Origin: an uncultured Thermoleophilia bacterium | GTDB lineage: Bacteria; Actinomycetota; Thermoleophilia; UBA2241 | Length of the DNA stretch: 64,000 nt | Reading direction: 5' to 3' | Assembly: GCA_963707335.1 (NCBI GenBank) | Contig: CAVPQD010000028.1 | Location: forward strand, 11,993-75,992 | Part shown: piece by piece, positions 29,159-38,380 of the stretch | Position numbering within the stretch: the first letter of the stretch is position 1 | Layout: every line of letters starts with the position of its first letter | Position numbers and translations under genes: made by a program | Notes under the pieces: model-generated | What the model was told of the DNA's origin: nothing | The model's database searches: none | Seen by the model: only the letters and a program-made list of their open reading frames with translations

Positions 29159-30156
29159 ATGGGCGTCGACGTCGGCGGCACGAAAGTGGCAGGCGCACTC
29201 GTGCGCGCGCGCCTGCCGCAGCCGGACGCCGCGGAGACGGTTCAGGCGCCCGAGGTGCTGGCGCAGATCACGGCGGCGACCGACTCCATCACGCCGGAGG
29301 CGTGCCTGGCGGGCATCGCCGCCGTCATCGAACGACTCCAGTCGGAGGGCGACGGGGCGGAGGGCATCGGCCTCGGGACGGCCTCCACGGTCAACGTCTC
29401 GCAGGGGCGGATCGTCGATTCGGTGAACCTGCCGCTCGTCGACGTGCCCATCCGCGACATCCTGCAGGAGCGGTTCGCGCTGCCCGTCGCCGTCGACAAC
29501 GACGCCACCGCGGCGGCCATCGGGGAGTGGGCCTTCGGCGCCGGGGTGGGCACGCGGGAGATGCTGATGCTCACGCTCGGGACGGGCGTCGGCGGCGGCA
29601 TCATCTGCCGCGGCCGCCCGTACCGGGGGTTCAGCGGCTCCGCGGCCGAGCTGGGGCACATCATCGTCGACGTGAACGGCCCTCCGTGCCCGGCCAACTG
29701 CCCCAACCACGGCTGCCTGGAGGCCTACGTGTCGGGCACGGCCATGGGCGTGGCCGCCATCGCCGAGGCGCAGCAGAAGCCGCTCTCGGGGCTCGGCAAG
29801 GCTCTGTGCCGCGGGTGAGGTGATCGACAGCAGGCTGCTCACCCGCCTGGCGCGAGCGGGCGATCCCGGCGCGGTGGATCTGATGACCACGCGCCGGCGA
29901 GTACCTGGGCGCGGGCCTCGTGACGCTGGTCAACACCTTCAACCCGGAACGCATCGTGATCGGCGGCGGTGCGGCGGCGGCGGGCGAGCTCCTGCTCGCC
30001 CCGGCCCGCCGGGTGCTCGCCCGACGCGCCCTGCGGCCGGCCAGGGACGAGGTCAGCATCGTGCCGGCCGCTCTCGGTCCCGACGCCGGTGTCGTCGGCG
30101 CCGCCGCTCTGGCCCTGATGGAGCTCTTTCCGGACGCCGCTCCTCCTCTTTCTTGA
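29159..30156 (+). pseudogene. ROK-family sugar kinase (glucokinase-like), frame interrupted twice
   Basis: MGVDVGGTKVAG, DNDATAAAIGE, LTLGTGVGGGII and ELGHIIVDVNGPPCPANCPNHGCLEAYVSG are in the first frame. The frame shifts at about 29808-29817, and again at about 29888-29893 into ...AGEYLGAGLVTLVNTFNPERIVIGGG... Confidence 0.85.
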
Positions 30157-30181
30157 CTTCGCTTCAGGCGTATTGGTAAAT
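30153..30181 (+). promoter_or_regulatory. Near-consensus sigma-70-type promoter for the ferredoxin gene (TTGACT-17-GTAAAT)
   Basis: TTGACT at 30153-30158, a 17-nt spacer, then GTAAAT at 30176-30181. A small GC hairpin (about 30195-30222) and GGAGG precede ATG 30245. Confidence 0.45.
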
Positions 30182-30244
30182 GAGAGATGAATCCCGCGCG
30201 CGGCGCGCTACGGCGCCGCGCCTACAGGAGGTGACGAGTAGCAC

Positions 30245-30418
30245 ATGGCCTACAAGATCACGGAAGAGTGTCTGGCGTGCGGCGCCTGCGTCGACGAGTG
30301 TCCCAACGACGCTATCTCCGAGGGCGACGACATCTACGTCATCGACGCCGACAAGTGCGACGATTGCGCGACGTGCGTCGACTCGTGCCCCAACGAGGCC
30401 ATCGTACCCGCCGACTGA
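30245..30418 (+). CDS. 2x[4Fe-4S] clostridial-type ferredoxin (57 aa)
   Basis: Not in the ORF track because it is under 60 aa. My translation is MAYKITEECLACGACVDECPNDAISEGDDIYVIDADKCDDCATCVDSCPNEAIVPAD*, with two CxxCxxCxxxCP motifs and a GGAGG Shine-Dalgarno sequence. Confidence 0.9.
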   Translation: MAYKITEECLACGACVDECPNDAISEGDDIYVIDADKCDDCATCVDSCPNEAIVPAD

Positions 30419-30440
30419 CCTAGCGGCGGCAGCGATCGTG

Positions 30441-30516
30441 GGCGAGGCCGGCTTCTTCGGGAGCCGGCCTCGCCGCGTGTGAGGGGGGCGGCGCGCCGCG
30501 CGCGCCGCCCCCTCAC
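30441..30516. terminator. Two adjacent GC hairpins between the convergent ferredoxin and methyltransferase genes (bidirectional terminator candidate)
   Basis: ggcgaggccggct/agccggcctcgcc spans 30441-30474. gtgaggggggcggcgcg/cgcgccgccccctcac spans 30479-30516, and this second stem overlaps the methyltransferase stop codon. Confidence 0.6.
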
Positions 30517-31361
30517 GTCTCCAGCACGCCCTCGCAGCCGACGAGCTCGGGCTCGTCCCACGCCAGGCGCCTGGCCATGACCCTGACGGCCTCGGGGTTG
30601 GAGTCCACGAGCAGATAGCCGCGGCCGTGGCGCGCGGCGGCCTCTCCCGCGGTGCCGCTGCCCGCGAAGAAGTCGACGACCAGGTCTCCCGGGTCCGAGT
30701 GCACCGTGACGATGCGCTCCAGGATGCGCAGCGGCTTCTGCGTCGGATAACCCGTCTTCTCCTTGCCCGTAGGGCTCACGATCGTGTTCCACCACACGTC
30801 GGTCGGCGTCTTGCCGCGCGCGGCCTTCTCCGCGCCCACGAGGCCGGGCGCCATGTAGGGGATGCGGTCGATGTCGTCGTAGCGGAACACGTAGCGACGC
30901 GGATCCACGGCGTACCAGAAGATGGTGTCGTGCTTGGCAGGCCAGCGGTCGCGAGGCCGGCCGCCGTAGTCGTAGGCCCACACGATCTCGTTGAGGAACG
31001 AGTCGCGACCGAACACCTCGTCGAGCAGGAGCTTGCAGTAGTGGGCCTCGCGGGCGTCGATGTGGAAGAACAGCGAACCGTCGGCGGCGAGGATGCGCCG
31101 CGCCTCGTCGAGGCGCGGCGCCAGGAAGCCCAGGTAGTCGTCGAAGGCGTCGTCCCAGGCCGCCCTGCCCAGCACCTCGCTACGGTAGCGACGGCCCTGG
31201 AAGCCGGTCCGGTCGCCGTCCTCGTCTCGCACGGTCCGCAGCCGGGTGCGCCGCTGGGCGCCTCCCGTGTTGAACGGCGGGTCGACATAGACGAGGCGGG
31301 CGCACGCGCCGGGCAGCGCCCGCAGGACGTCCAGATTGTCCCCGTACACGATGCGCTTCAC
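30513..31361 (-). CDS. Beta-class DNA methyltransferase (N6-adenine or N4-cytosine), no cognate nuclease seen
   Basis: Motif IV VYVDPPFNTGG is N-terminal and motif I VVDFFAGSGTAGEAA is C-terminal, which is the beta-class order (PF01555-like). I prefer GTG 31361, which overlaps the upstream GNAT stop (GTGA); the track ORF extends to 31460. Confidence 0.85.
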   Translation of the reverse strand: MKRIVYGDNLDVLRALPGACARLVYVDPPFNTGGAQRRTRLRTVRDEDGDRTGFQGRRYRSEVLGRAAWDDAFDDYLGFLAPRLDEARRILAADGSLFFHIDAREAHYCKLLLDEVFGRDSFLNEIVWAYDYGGRPRDRWPAKHDTIFWYAVDPRRYVFRYDDIDRIPYMAPGLVGAEKAARGKTPTDVWWNTIVSPTGKEKTGYPTQKPLRILERIVTVHSDPGDLVVDFFAGSGTAGEAAARHGRGYLLVDSNPEAVRVMARRLAWDEPELVGCEGVLET

Positions 31362-31791
31362 AGCGGGTACTCGTAGACGCGCTGGTCCTTGACCGCGCGG
31401 CAGCCGATGTGCGGGTAGAAGTCGTGGGCCCCCCGGCGGGCCAGATTGGCGCGGATCCACAGGCGCGTCAGGCCGCGGGCCCGCGCCCAGTCGGCGGCCG
31501 CGGCCAGCAGCGCCGCGCCCACGCCGCTGCCGCGGTGGCCCGCGGCGACGACGAGACCACCGACCTCCGCGTAGGGGTCGGCCTCGACGACGCGCTGCAC
31601 GTGCACCCCGATGAAGCCCGCGAGACGACCGGCGTCATCGGCGACGAGGAGCGTCCGCTCCGGGTCGCCGAGGAGACCGAGTCTCGCTGCACCTCGGCGG
31701 CGGTGGACGGGTACCCGAGCTCGTCGCAGAGCGCTGCCAGCTGCCGGGCGTCGTCGACGGTCGCCGTGCGGATGGACGGCTGGACGGTCAT
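31358..31791 (-). pseudogene. GNAT-family N-acetyltransferase, frame interrupted once
   Basis: MTVQPSIRTATVDDARQLAALCDELGYPSTAAEVQR is in the 32085 frame. It continues as LGLLGDPERTLLVADDAGRLAGFIGV...GGLVVAAGHRGSGVGAALL in the 31798 frame. The break is at about 31680-31688. Confidence 0.8.
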
Positions 31792-31894
31792 GGGGCAAGT
31801 GTATCCTGCGAGACGGGCGTGAAGATCAGGCGTGTACGTCCGTCCGCGGGCGATCAGCCCAAGAGCGCCACGGACCGGTGTCCGAGGCCGAGTG

Positions 31895-32070
31895 TCAGAC
31901 GTGCGCCTGTGCGGCGGCCTGGTTGGCCGCCGCGGCGATGATGGCCGGCTCGATCGGAGGATCAGCGTGCCGCACATGGGGCATACGAACGTCTCGCTGG
32001 GGTCCTCGGTGAACAAGTCGGACTCGTAGCGCTCGCCACACTCACTGCATATGAGGTTCTCGCGACTCAT
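31895..32070 (-). CDS. Small zinc-ribbon protein (approximately 58 aa if one frame correction is allowed); end uncertain
   Basis: ATG 32070 is preceded by GGGAGGGGG. The sequence is MSRENLICSECGERYESDLFTEDPSETFVCPMCGTL (CxxC...CxxC). As given the frame runs on into the GNAT gene. A one-base shift near 31955 yields ...DPPIEPAIIAAAANQAAAQAHV* with a stop at 31895-31897. Confidence 0.35.
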
Positions 32071-32169
32071 GCCGCCCCCTCCCACACGACCTCAGTTTTC
32101 CCCTGAGACTCGTCACGGCACCTGCATCCTGCAACAATGGGGTGATGACCTTAGACGGGAGGTGGGGGC

Positions 32170-32914
32170 ATGACCGATAGCGGCTGGCGCGCGTTCTTCG
32201 ACAGCTACGCGCCGCAGTACATGGACGAGCCCTTCACTCAGGCGACCGCGGCCGAGGTCGAGTTCCTGCAGGAGGTGCTGGACGTGCCCGCCGGCGCCGC
32301 CGTGCTGGACATCGGCTGCGGCACCGGCCGGCACGCCGTCCAGCTGGCGCGCCGCGGGTTCAGGGTGACCGGGCTCGACCTGTCTCGCCGGCATGCTGGC
32401 CGAGGCGGCCGCGGCCGCCGCCGAGGCCGGCGTGGAGGTCGAGCTCATCGAGGCCGACGCGACGGCGTTCGACCTGGGCCGGGTCTTCGACGCGGCCGTG
32501 TGTCTCTGCGAGGGCGCGTTCACCCTGGTCGGCCGGGACGACCCCCTGGAGCACGACCTCTCCATCCTGCGCAACGCGTTCAGGTCGCTCAGGCCGGGCG
32601 CTCCCTTCGTGCTGACCGCGATCAACGGCTTGCGGCTCATCCGTGACGCCACGGAGCACCAGGTGGAGCTGGGCCGCTTCGACCCCGTCACGCTCACGCA
32701 GTCCTACGACATGGAATGGGAAGCGGACGACGGCCCGCACAGCATGCCGGTGCGTGAGCGCGGCTACGTGCCGTCGGAGCTGGCGCTGGTCTGCCGGCTC
32801 GCGGGTTTCGAGGTCGAGGCGCTGTGGGGCGGCACGGCCGGCAACTGGGGGCGCAGGCCGGTCGAGCTGGACGAGATGGAGATCATGGCGGTCCTGCGGC
32901 GGCCGTCGCCGTGA
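32170..32914 (+). pseudogene. Class I SAM-dependent methyltransferase, frame interrupted once
   Basis: Motif I VLDIGCGTGRHAVQLARRGFRVTGLDLS is in the first frame. It continues as (A)GMLAEAAAAAAEAGVEVELIEADA... in the 32393 frame. The break is at about 32380-32390. Confidence 0.8.
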
Positions 32915-32974
32915 GCTCGCCCGACCGCGAGGATCCGCACGGCGAGGCCCGGGGACGCCGCGGGCGTCGCCGCC

Positions 32975-33424
32975 GTGCTCAACGCGATCATCGAGGAGGG
33001 CCGTCACAGCCTGCTGGACACGCCCTTCAGCGTCGCGGACGAGCGCGCGTTCATCGAAGCGCTGCCGGCGCGCGCGTTCCTGCACGTGGCGGAAGCGGGC
33101 GGGGCGATCGTCGGTGTCCAGACGGTGGAGCCGTGGAGCTCCTTCGCGAGCCACGAGTGTGATCACGTTGCGACGATGGGCACCTGGGTGGGGAAGGCCT
33201 GGCGGCGGCGCGGCGTCGGCCGCCTGCTGGCTCAGGCGTCGTTCGCCGCCGCGCGCTCGCTGGGGTACGAGAAGGTCTTCACCGACCTCCGCTCCGACAA
33301 CCCCGGCTCGCTCGCCTTTCATCTGGGCCTCGGCTTCACTGTGGTCGGGGCCGCACGCCGGCAGGCGCGCGTCGCCGGCCGCGACGTCGATGTCGTGTTC
33401 ATCGAGCGCTTCCTGGAGGAGTGA
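32975..33424 (+). CDS. GNAT-family N-acetyltransferase (phosphinothricin-acetyltransferase-like); true start probably upstream
   Basis: AIVGVQTVEPW...WVGKAWRRRGVGRLLAQASFAAARSLGYEKVF is an acetyl-CoA-binding motif. The same frame is open upstream to 32915 and encodes IRTARPGDAAGVAAV, but it has no canonical start there. The stop overlaps the rsmI GTG. Confidence 0.8.
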   Translation: MLNAIIEEGRHSLLDTPFSVADERAFIEALPARAFLHVAEAGGAIVGVQTVEPWSSFASHECDHVATMGTWVGKAWRRRGVGRLLAQASFAAARSLGYEKVFTDLRSDNPGSLAFHLGLGFTVVGAARRQARVAGRDVDVVFIERFLEE

Positions 33425-34281
33425 TCTGCATGCTCTCGGTCTGCGCGACGCCGATCGGGAACCTCGGCGACGTCACGCCGCGCGTGCTTGAGGCGCTGCG
33501 CGGCGCGGACCTGGTGGCGGCGGAGGACACGAGACACACCCGCAGGCTTCTGAGCCACTTCGACATCCACACGCCGCTGACGAGCCTGTTCAAGCACAAC
33601 GAGGTGCAGAAGACGGAAGAGGTGCTGCGCCTGCTGCGCGACGACAAGGACGTGGCCCTCGTGACCGACGCCGGCACGCCCGGCATCTCCGATCCCGGCA
33701 TGCGTCTGGTCGCGCGCGCCGTGGCCGAAGGGCTGCCGGTGCGTGTGCTGCCGGGGCCGTCTGCGGTGATCGCCGCCGTGGTGGCGGCCGGCTACGAGGC
33801 GGACGGCTTCCGGTTCGTCGGCTACCTGCCGCGCCGGGCGCGCGACCTGGAGACGGTCCTGCACACATGGCGTCGCTGCGGCGGGCTGATCGTGGCCTTC
33901 GAGACGGCGCAGCGGCTCGCCGCGAGCCTCGCCGTGCTGGCGGCGGCGGCGCCCGAGGCCCCCGCCGCCGTCTGCAGGGAGCTCACCAAGCTGCACGAGG
34001 AGGTGGTGCGCGGTCCGCTGCGCGAGCTCAGCGAGCGCTACGTGCCGGCCGGGCCGGACGGCGCCCGCACGTCACTGCGCGGCGAGATCGTCGTCGTGGT
34101 CGACCTCGGCGAACCGCTGGACGACGTCGCCGCGGGCCGCCCCCACGCCCAGGCCGCGGCTCGCGAGCTGCTGGGGCGCGGCCTGTCGCGCCGCGACACC
34201 GCCGCGGCGCTGCACGCGTGCCTGGGCCTGTCGCGCCGCGACGCCGAGGCGCTGGCGCGCCAGACGGCCGCCGAGGCCTGA
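33421..34281 (+). CDS. rsmI: 16S rRNA (cytidine1402-2'-O)-methyltransferase
   Basis: VCATPIGNLGDVTPRVLEALRGADLVAAEDTRHTRRLL and TDAGTPGISDPG identify the tetrapyrrole-methylase fold of the RsmI family. Confidence 0.88.
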   Translation: MICMLSVCATPIGNLGDVTPRVLEALRGADLVAAEDTRHTRRLLSHFDIHTPLTSLFKHNEVQKTEEVLRLLRDDKDVALVTDAGTPGISDPGMRLVARAVAEGLPVRVLPGPSAVIAAVVAAGYEADGFRFVGYLPRRARDLETVLHTWRRCGGLIVAFETAQRLAASLAVLAAAAPEAPAAVCRELTKLHEEVVRGPLRELSERYVPAGPDGARTSLRGEIVVVVDLGEPLDDVAAGRPHAQAAARELLGRGLSRRDTAAALHACLGLSRRDAEALARQTAAEA

Positions 34282-34304
34282 CGCCGGTCTGGTACACTCG
34301 CCGC

Positions 34305-35190
34305 ATGGACCTGCTCATGCGCATCGAACAGGGGCACCGTCCTGCTGGACGGCGGCTTGGGCAGCGAGCTGATGCGCCGCGGTTTCGCTGCGGGGCAGTG
34401 CCCCGAGGAATGGAACGTCACGCGGCCGGCCGACGTGGAGGCCATCCACCGCGACTACTACGCGGCGGGCTCGGACGTGGTGAACACGAACACGTTCGGC
34501 GGCTCCCGGCTGAAGCTCGCCGCCTACGGCCTGGGGGATCGCGCCGTGGAGCTGAACGTGGCGGCCGCCCGGCTGGCGGTCGCGCTGCGCGACCGCGAGT
34601 TCCCCGGGCGCCTGGTCGCCGGCGACATCGGTCCCTGCGGCCACCTGGTCAAGCCGATGGGCGACGCCGACCCGGCGGACATCCGCGCCGCGTTCGACGA
34701 GCAGGCCGCGGCGCTCGTCGCCGGCGGCGTCGATCTGTTCAACATCGAGACGATGTTCGACATCACCGAGGCGCGGCTCGCCGTCGAGGCCGCGGTCGCG
34801 GCCGCGAACGGCAGGCCGGTGGTCGCGAGCATGGCGTTCAAGCCGGCGGCTCGCGGCTATCGCACCATGATGGGCGTCGATCCTGCCACGGCCGTCTCCA
34901 CGCTGCGCCAGGCGGGCGCCGCGCTCGTCGGCTGCAACTGCGAGGTCACGGCGGTGGACATGGCCGACCTCGTGCCCGAGCTCGCCGGGCTCAACGCCGG
35001 CCCCACCATCGCGCAGCCGAACGCCGGGCAGCCGCGGCTCGAGGCCGGGACCACGGTGTACGCGGAGACGCCCGAGCATTTCGCCGGCGTCGTGGCCGGC
35101 TTCCCCAAGCGCGGTGCCGGCATCGTGGGCGGCTGCTGCGGCACGACGCCGGCCTACATCGCCGCCCTGGCGGCGGCCCTGGGCCGGTAG
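34305..35190 (+). pseudogene. Homocysteine S-methyltransferase domain protein, frame interrupted once near the N-terminus
   Basis: MDLLMRIEQG is in frame 0. It continues as VLLDGGLGSELMRRGF...DVVNTNTFG...GCNC...GGCCGTTP (Zn-ligand Cys pattern of PF02574) in the 34357 frame. The break is at about 34328-34340. Confidence 0.8.
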
Positions 35191-35255
35191 GCCCTCCCTG
35201 TTCGATCCACAGGCGGGTTGACGCCCACGGCGCGGCTCCCATGCGTCGCGGCGTC

Positions 35256-35458
35256 TCAGACGCGGCGCCGCTCGTCGACTGCGGCGCCGGCGATGAGCCC
35301 GGCCACCGCGCCGATGACGGCGCCCAGAAGCACGTGGCCGACCTGCATGCCGGCCAGGGCGCCGGCGCGATGCCCAGCATCAGGCCGGCGCCGGCGAACG
35401 GTGCGGCGGCGCGCTCCTGCTCCGGCCGCGGCGGCTCGGGGCGCCAGTCGCCGTTCAC
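35256..35458 (-). pseudogene. Small glycine-zipper membrane protein, frame interrupted once
   Basis: GTG 35458 overlaps the upstream stop (GTGA). (V)NGDWRPEPPRPEQERAAAPFAGAGLMLGIA continues after a break at about 35360-35372 as GALAGMQVGHVLLGAVIGAVAGLIAGAAVDERRRV*. The span is 203 nt, which is not a multiple of 3. Confidence 0.5.
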
Positions 35459-36403
35459 CCGCGCCGTCGGAACACCGCGCCGACGGTGTCCAGGATGAGC
35501 CGGGCGCCGTGCAGCGCCGTGAGCTGCGCCGGGCCGTCGTACTGCGGCGCGACCTCGACGAGGTCCATGCCGATCACGTTGGTGCGCTCGCACACGGCCA
35601 GCAGCAGCGCCTTGGCCTCGTAGTAGCTGAAGCCGCCGGGCTCGGGCGTGCCGGTGCCCGGCGCGATGGCCGGGTCGAGGACGTCGATGTCGAAGGTGAT
35701 GTAGGTGTCCGCGTCCAGCTGGAGGTGCTCCACGAGCTCCGCCGGCCGCGCGTCCCTGGCCTGCTCGCACCAGAAGATGTGGGCCCCGCGGCTCTGGGCC
35801 AGCTCGATGTTGTCGCCCGCCGTGTGCAGGTTGCGGATGCCGTACTGCGTGAGCCCGGTCAGCCACCCGGCCTCGTGCGAGCGGATGATGGGGCTGGCGT
35901 GCGAGTAGCGCTGGGCTCCCTCGGAGTCCCAGTAGTCCATGTGGGTGTCGAACTGCACGAGCTGGAAGGGCCTGCCGCCTCGCGCCTGCCACAGGGCTTC
36001 GAGCACCGGGTAGGTGATGGAGTGGTCGCCGCCCAGCGTGACGGGGAAGAGGCCCGCCTCGACGAGCGGCTGCAGCCGCGCCACCACGGCGTCGTGGTAG
36101 CGCTCGACGTGTCCACATCGGGCCGAGCGCCACGTCGCCGCAGTCGGCCCAGCGCACGCCGCCGAGCAGCTCGACCCCGGCTTCGCCGTCGTACAGCGGC
36201 TCGTGGTCCTGCTGGAAGGCCCACATCGTCGAGGCCTCGCGCAGGGCGCGAGGCCCCATGCGCGCGCCGGAGCGATACGTGGTGCCCTCGTCCCAGGGGA
36301 CGCCCACCACGGCGACATCCGCGTCGGCGCGCGTGGGCGCCACGAGGTGCGGCGCCTTGAGGAAGGTCGCGATGCCGCTGAAGGGCAGCTCCTCGGTGGT
36401 CAT
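35455..36403 (-). pseudogene. Ureohydrolase (agmatinase / guanidino-acid hydrolase family), frame interrupted once
   Basis: MTTEELPFSGIATFLKAPH...VVGVPWDEGTTYRSGARMGPRALREAS is in the first frame. It continues as VERYHDAVV...LGGDHSITYPVL...FDTHMDYWD...ITFDIDVLDPAIAPGTGTPEPGG in the second. The break is at about 36108-36125. Confidence 0.85.
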
Positions 36404-37790
36404 CTACTTCACTCCCTTGGCGTGCGCCGCGCTCACCTCGGCGACGCACTCCTCGACGATGTCGCAGCCCAGGGCGAAGAGCTCGGGCGGCTGATTGAGA
36501 GCCGGCGTCGGGCGGAACCAGTTGAACGCCGGCTCGTAGATCGGCACGACGCCACGCCGTTCCATGGCGTAGACGATCTCCCGCGTGAGGTCGTGGGCGG
36601 GGGTCTTGGAGTCCTTGTCCTCGACGAACTCGACGCACTGGTAGCAGCCCTTCACGCGCACGTCGCCGACGATCTCGTACTTCTCCTTCATGGCACCGAA
36701 CCTCGCCTTGGCGATCCGCTCGAGCTCCTTGACGTTGTCCAGCACCTTGTCGCGCTTCATGACCTCGATGAGCTTGATGCCCACGGCGCAGCCGACGGGC
36801 GAGCCGGCGAACGTGCCGCCGGTGTAGAGCTCGCCGGCCGGCCCGCTCATGCGGTCCGAGCCCAGCGTGTAGCAGATGGGGATGAGCCCTCCGGACGTGC
36901 CCTTGCCCAGCGAGAGCAGCTCCGCCTCGACGCCCGGATACTGCGTCGATGAGGAACCACTCGCCGCAGCGGCCCATGCCCTCCTGGACCTCGTCGTTGT
37001 AGAAGATCCAGCCGTGCTTCTGGCAGAGGTCGTACAGGCGCTTCGGCCACTCCGGCGGCGGGATCTGGATGCCGTTCTCGCCCTGGATCAGCTCGACGTT
37101 GACGCCGGCGATGCTGTCCGGTGTCGCCTTGTACTTGAGGATCATCTCCTCGATGTAGTCGAGACAGGCGATGTCGCAGGCGGGGTAGTCGAGGTGGTAC
37201 GGGCAGCGGTAGCAGGTGGGGAAGGGGACGTTGATCCAGCCGCTCATGAACGGCTCGATGCCGTGATTGTAGTGGGCGTTGTGCGGGCCCATGGCGCCGG
37301 TGCCGTAGTTGCCGCCGTGGAAGCTGCCCAGGAAGGTGATGACGAAGGGCCGGCCGGGCCCGGCGGCCTCGCGCATGATGCGCACGGCGTTCTCCACCAC
37401 CTCGCTGCCCGTGGTGTCGTAGACGACCTTGGTCAGCGGCTTCGGGGCGATCTCGACCAGCTTCTCGGCGAGCTCGTGGTGGTGCCAGACGCTCATCGCC
37501 GAGAGGCACTCGGTGCCGTACTCCTTGAGGGCCAGGTGGGCGGCCTCGACGAGCTCGGGGTGGTTGCCCCCGAGGGGTGCCGAGGCCCAGCCCGAGAGCC
37601 AGTCGATGTAGCGGTTGCCGTCGACGTCCTCGAGGAACCAGCCGTCGCGGTAGCGCGAGACGAAGTGGTTCGGAGGCCAGCCGCCGATGAGCGACACGCC
37701 GAGGAGGATGTCTTCGCCGCGCTTCATCAGCGCGGCGCTGCGGGGACCGGGGGGCGGGGTGTGGACGTTGGGGCGCGTCTGATCGCCCAT
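36404..37790 (-). pseudogene. Class III (omega/GABA-type) PLP aminotransferase, frame interrupted once
   Basis: YNDEVQEGMGRCGEWFLIDA is in the first frame. After a break at about 36935-36945 it continues as YPGVEAELLSLGKGTSGG (PLP Lys)...MSGPAGELYTGGTFAG. GAGGAGG lies upstream of ATG 37790. Confidence 0.85.
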
Positions 37791-37792
37791 GG

Positions 37793-38275
37793 CTATCTCC
37801 TCCTCAGAACGGCTCGCCGTCGCCCGGCGACCACTCGTAGTTGTCCTTGAGGACGCGGAGCTGCAGCAGGAAGTCGGCCTGCTCGATGCCGGGGATGGTG
37901 CGGATCTGGTTGACGAGCATGTCGCAGCAGCTCCTCGCGGTCGTGCGCCACGACGCCGACGATGATGTCGTAGTCGCCGGCGCAGATGCTCACGAAGTCG
38001 ACCTGGGGCAGCTCGGCCAGCTCCTCGGCGACCGCCTCCAGGCGGTCGCCCGCCACGCGCAGCTGCACCTGCCCCCAGATCAGCCCCAGGTCCAGCGGGC
38101 TGCTCACGGCGACGATCTGGATGATGTTGGTGCGCAGCAGGCGCGAGACCCGCTGCCGCACGCTCGCCTCGGAGATGCCGAGGTCCTTGGCGATCGTGGT
38201 GAAGGCCCGTCGCCCGTCCTGCTGCAGGTGGCCGATGATCGCGATGTCGGTCTTGTCCAGGGACTGCTTGCGCAT
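37793..38275 (-). CDS. Lrp/AsnC-family transcriptional regulator (C-terminal tail out of frame as given)
   Basis: MRKQSLDKTDIAIIGHLQQDGRRAFTTIAKDLGISEASVRQRVSRLL is the HTH region. From about 37930 the family-like tail MLVNQIRTIPGIEQADFLLQLRVLKDNYEWSPGDGEPF* is in another frame, with its stop at 37804-37806. Confidence 0.85.
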   Translation of the reverse strand: MRKQSLDKTDIAIIGHLQQDGRRAFTTIAKDLGISEASVRQRVSRLLRTNIIQIVAVSSPLDLGLIWGQVQLRVAGDRLEAVAEELAELPQVDFVSICAGDYDIIVGVVAHDREELLRHARQPDPHHPRHRAGRLPAAAPRPQGQLRVVAGRRRAVLRRR

Positions 38276-38380
38276 GCCGCTCCTTTCGCCGGCATCATTC
38301 TACGAATGTCGTGCCGGTGTGGCCAGCGGTTTGCGATTTTCCTCATACGGTAAGATGCCCGGGACGTCGAGGAGGTCCGG

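Noticed and set aside
30180-30482. The 100-aa track ORF overlapping the ferredoxin locus, and the 68-aa ORF 24277..24483 in the rplQ-ecfA1 spacer.
   Set aside because: The first is the wrong frame of a region that encodes a textbook 2x[4Fe-4S] ferredoxin with a proper SD. The second has no SD and an Arg/Ala/Pro-rich composition, and it lies downstream of the alpha-operon terminator hairpin.
30513-31361. A complete restriction-modification system.
   Set aside because: No nuclease-like ORF flanks the methyltransferase. The neighbours are a GNAT (upstream, coupled) and a convergent ferredoxin, so it is reported as an orphan methyltransferase instead.
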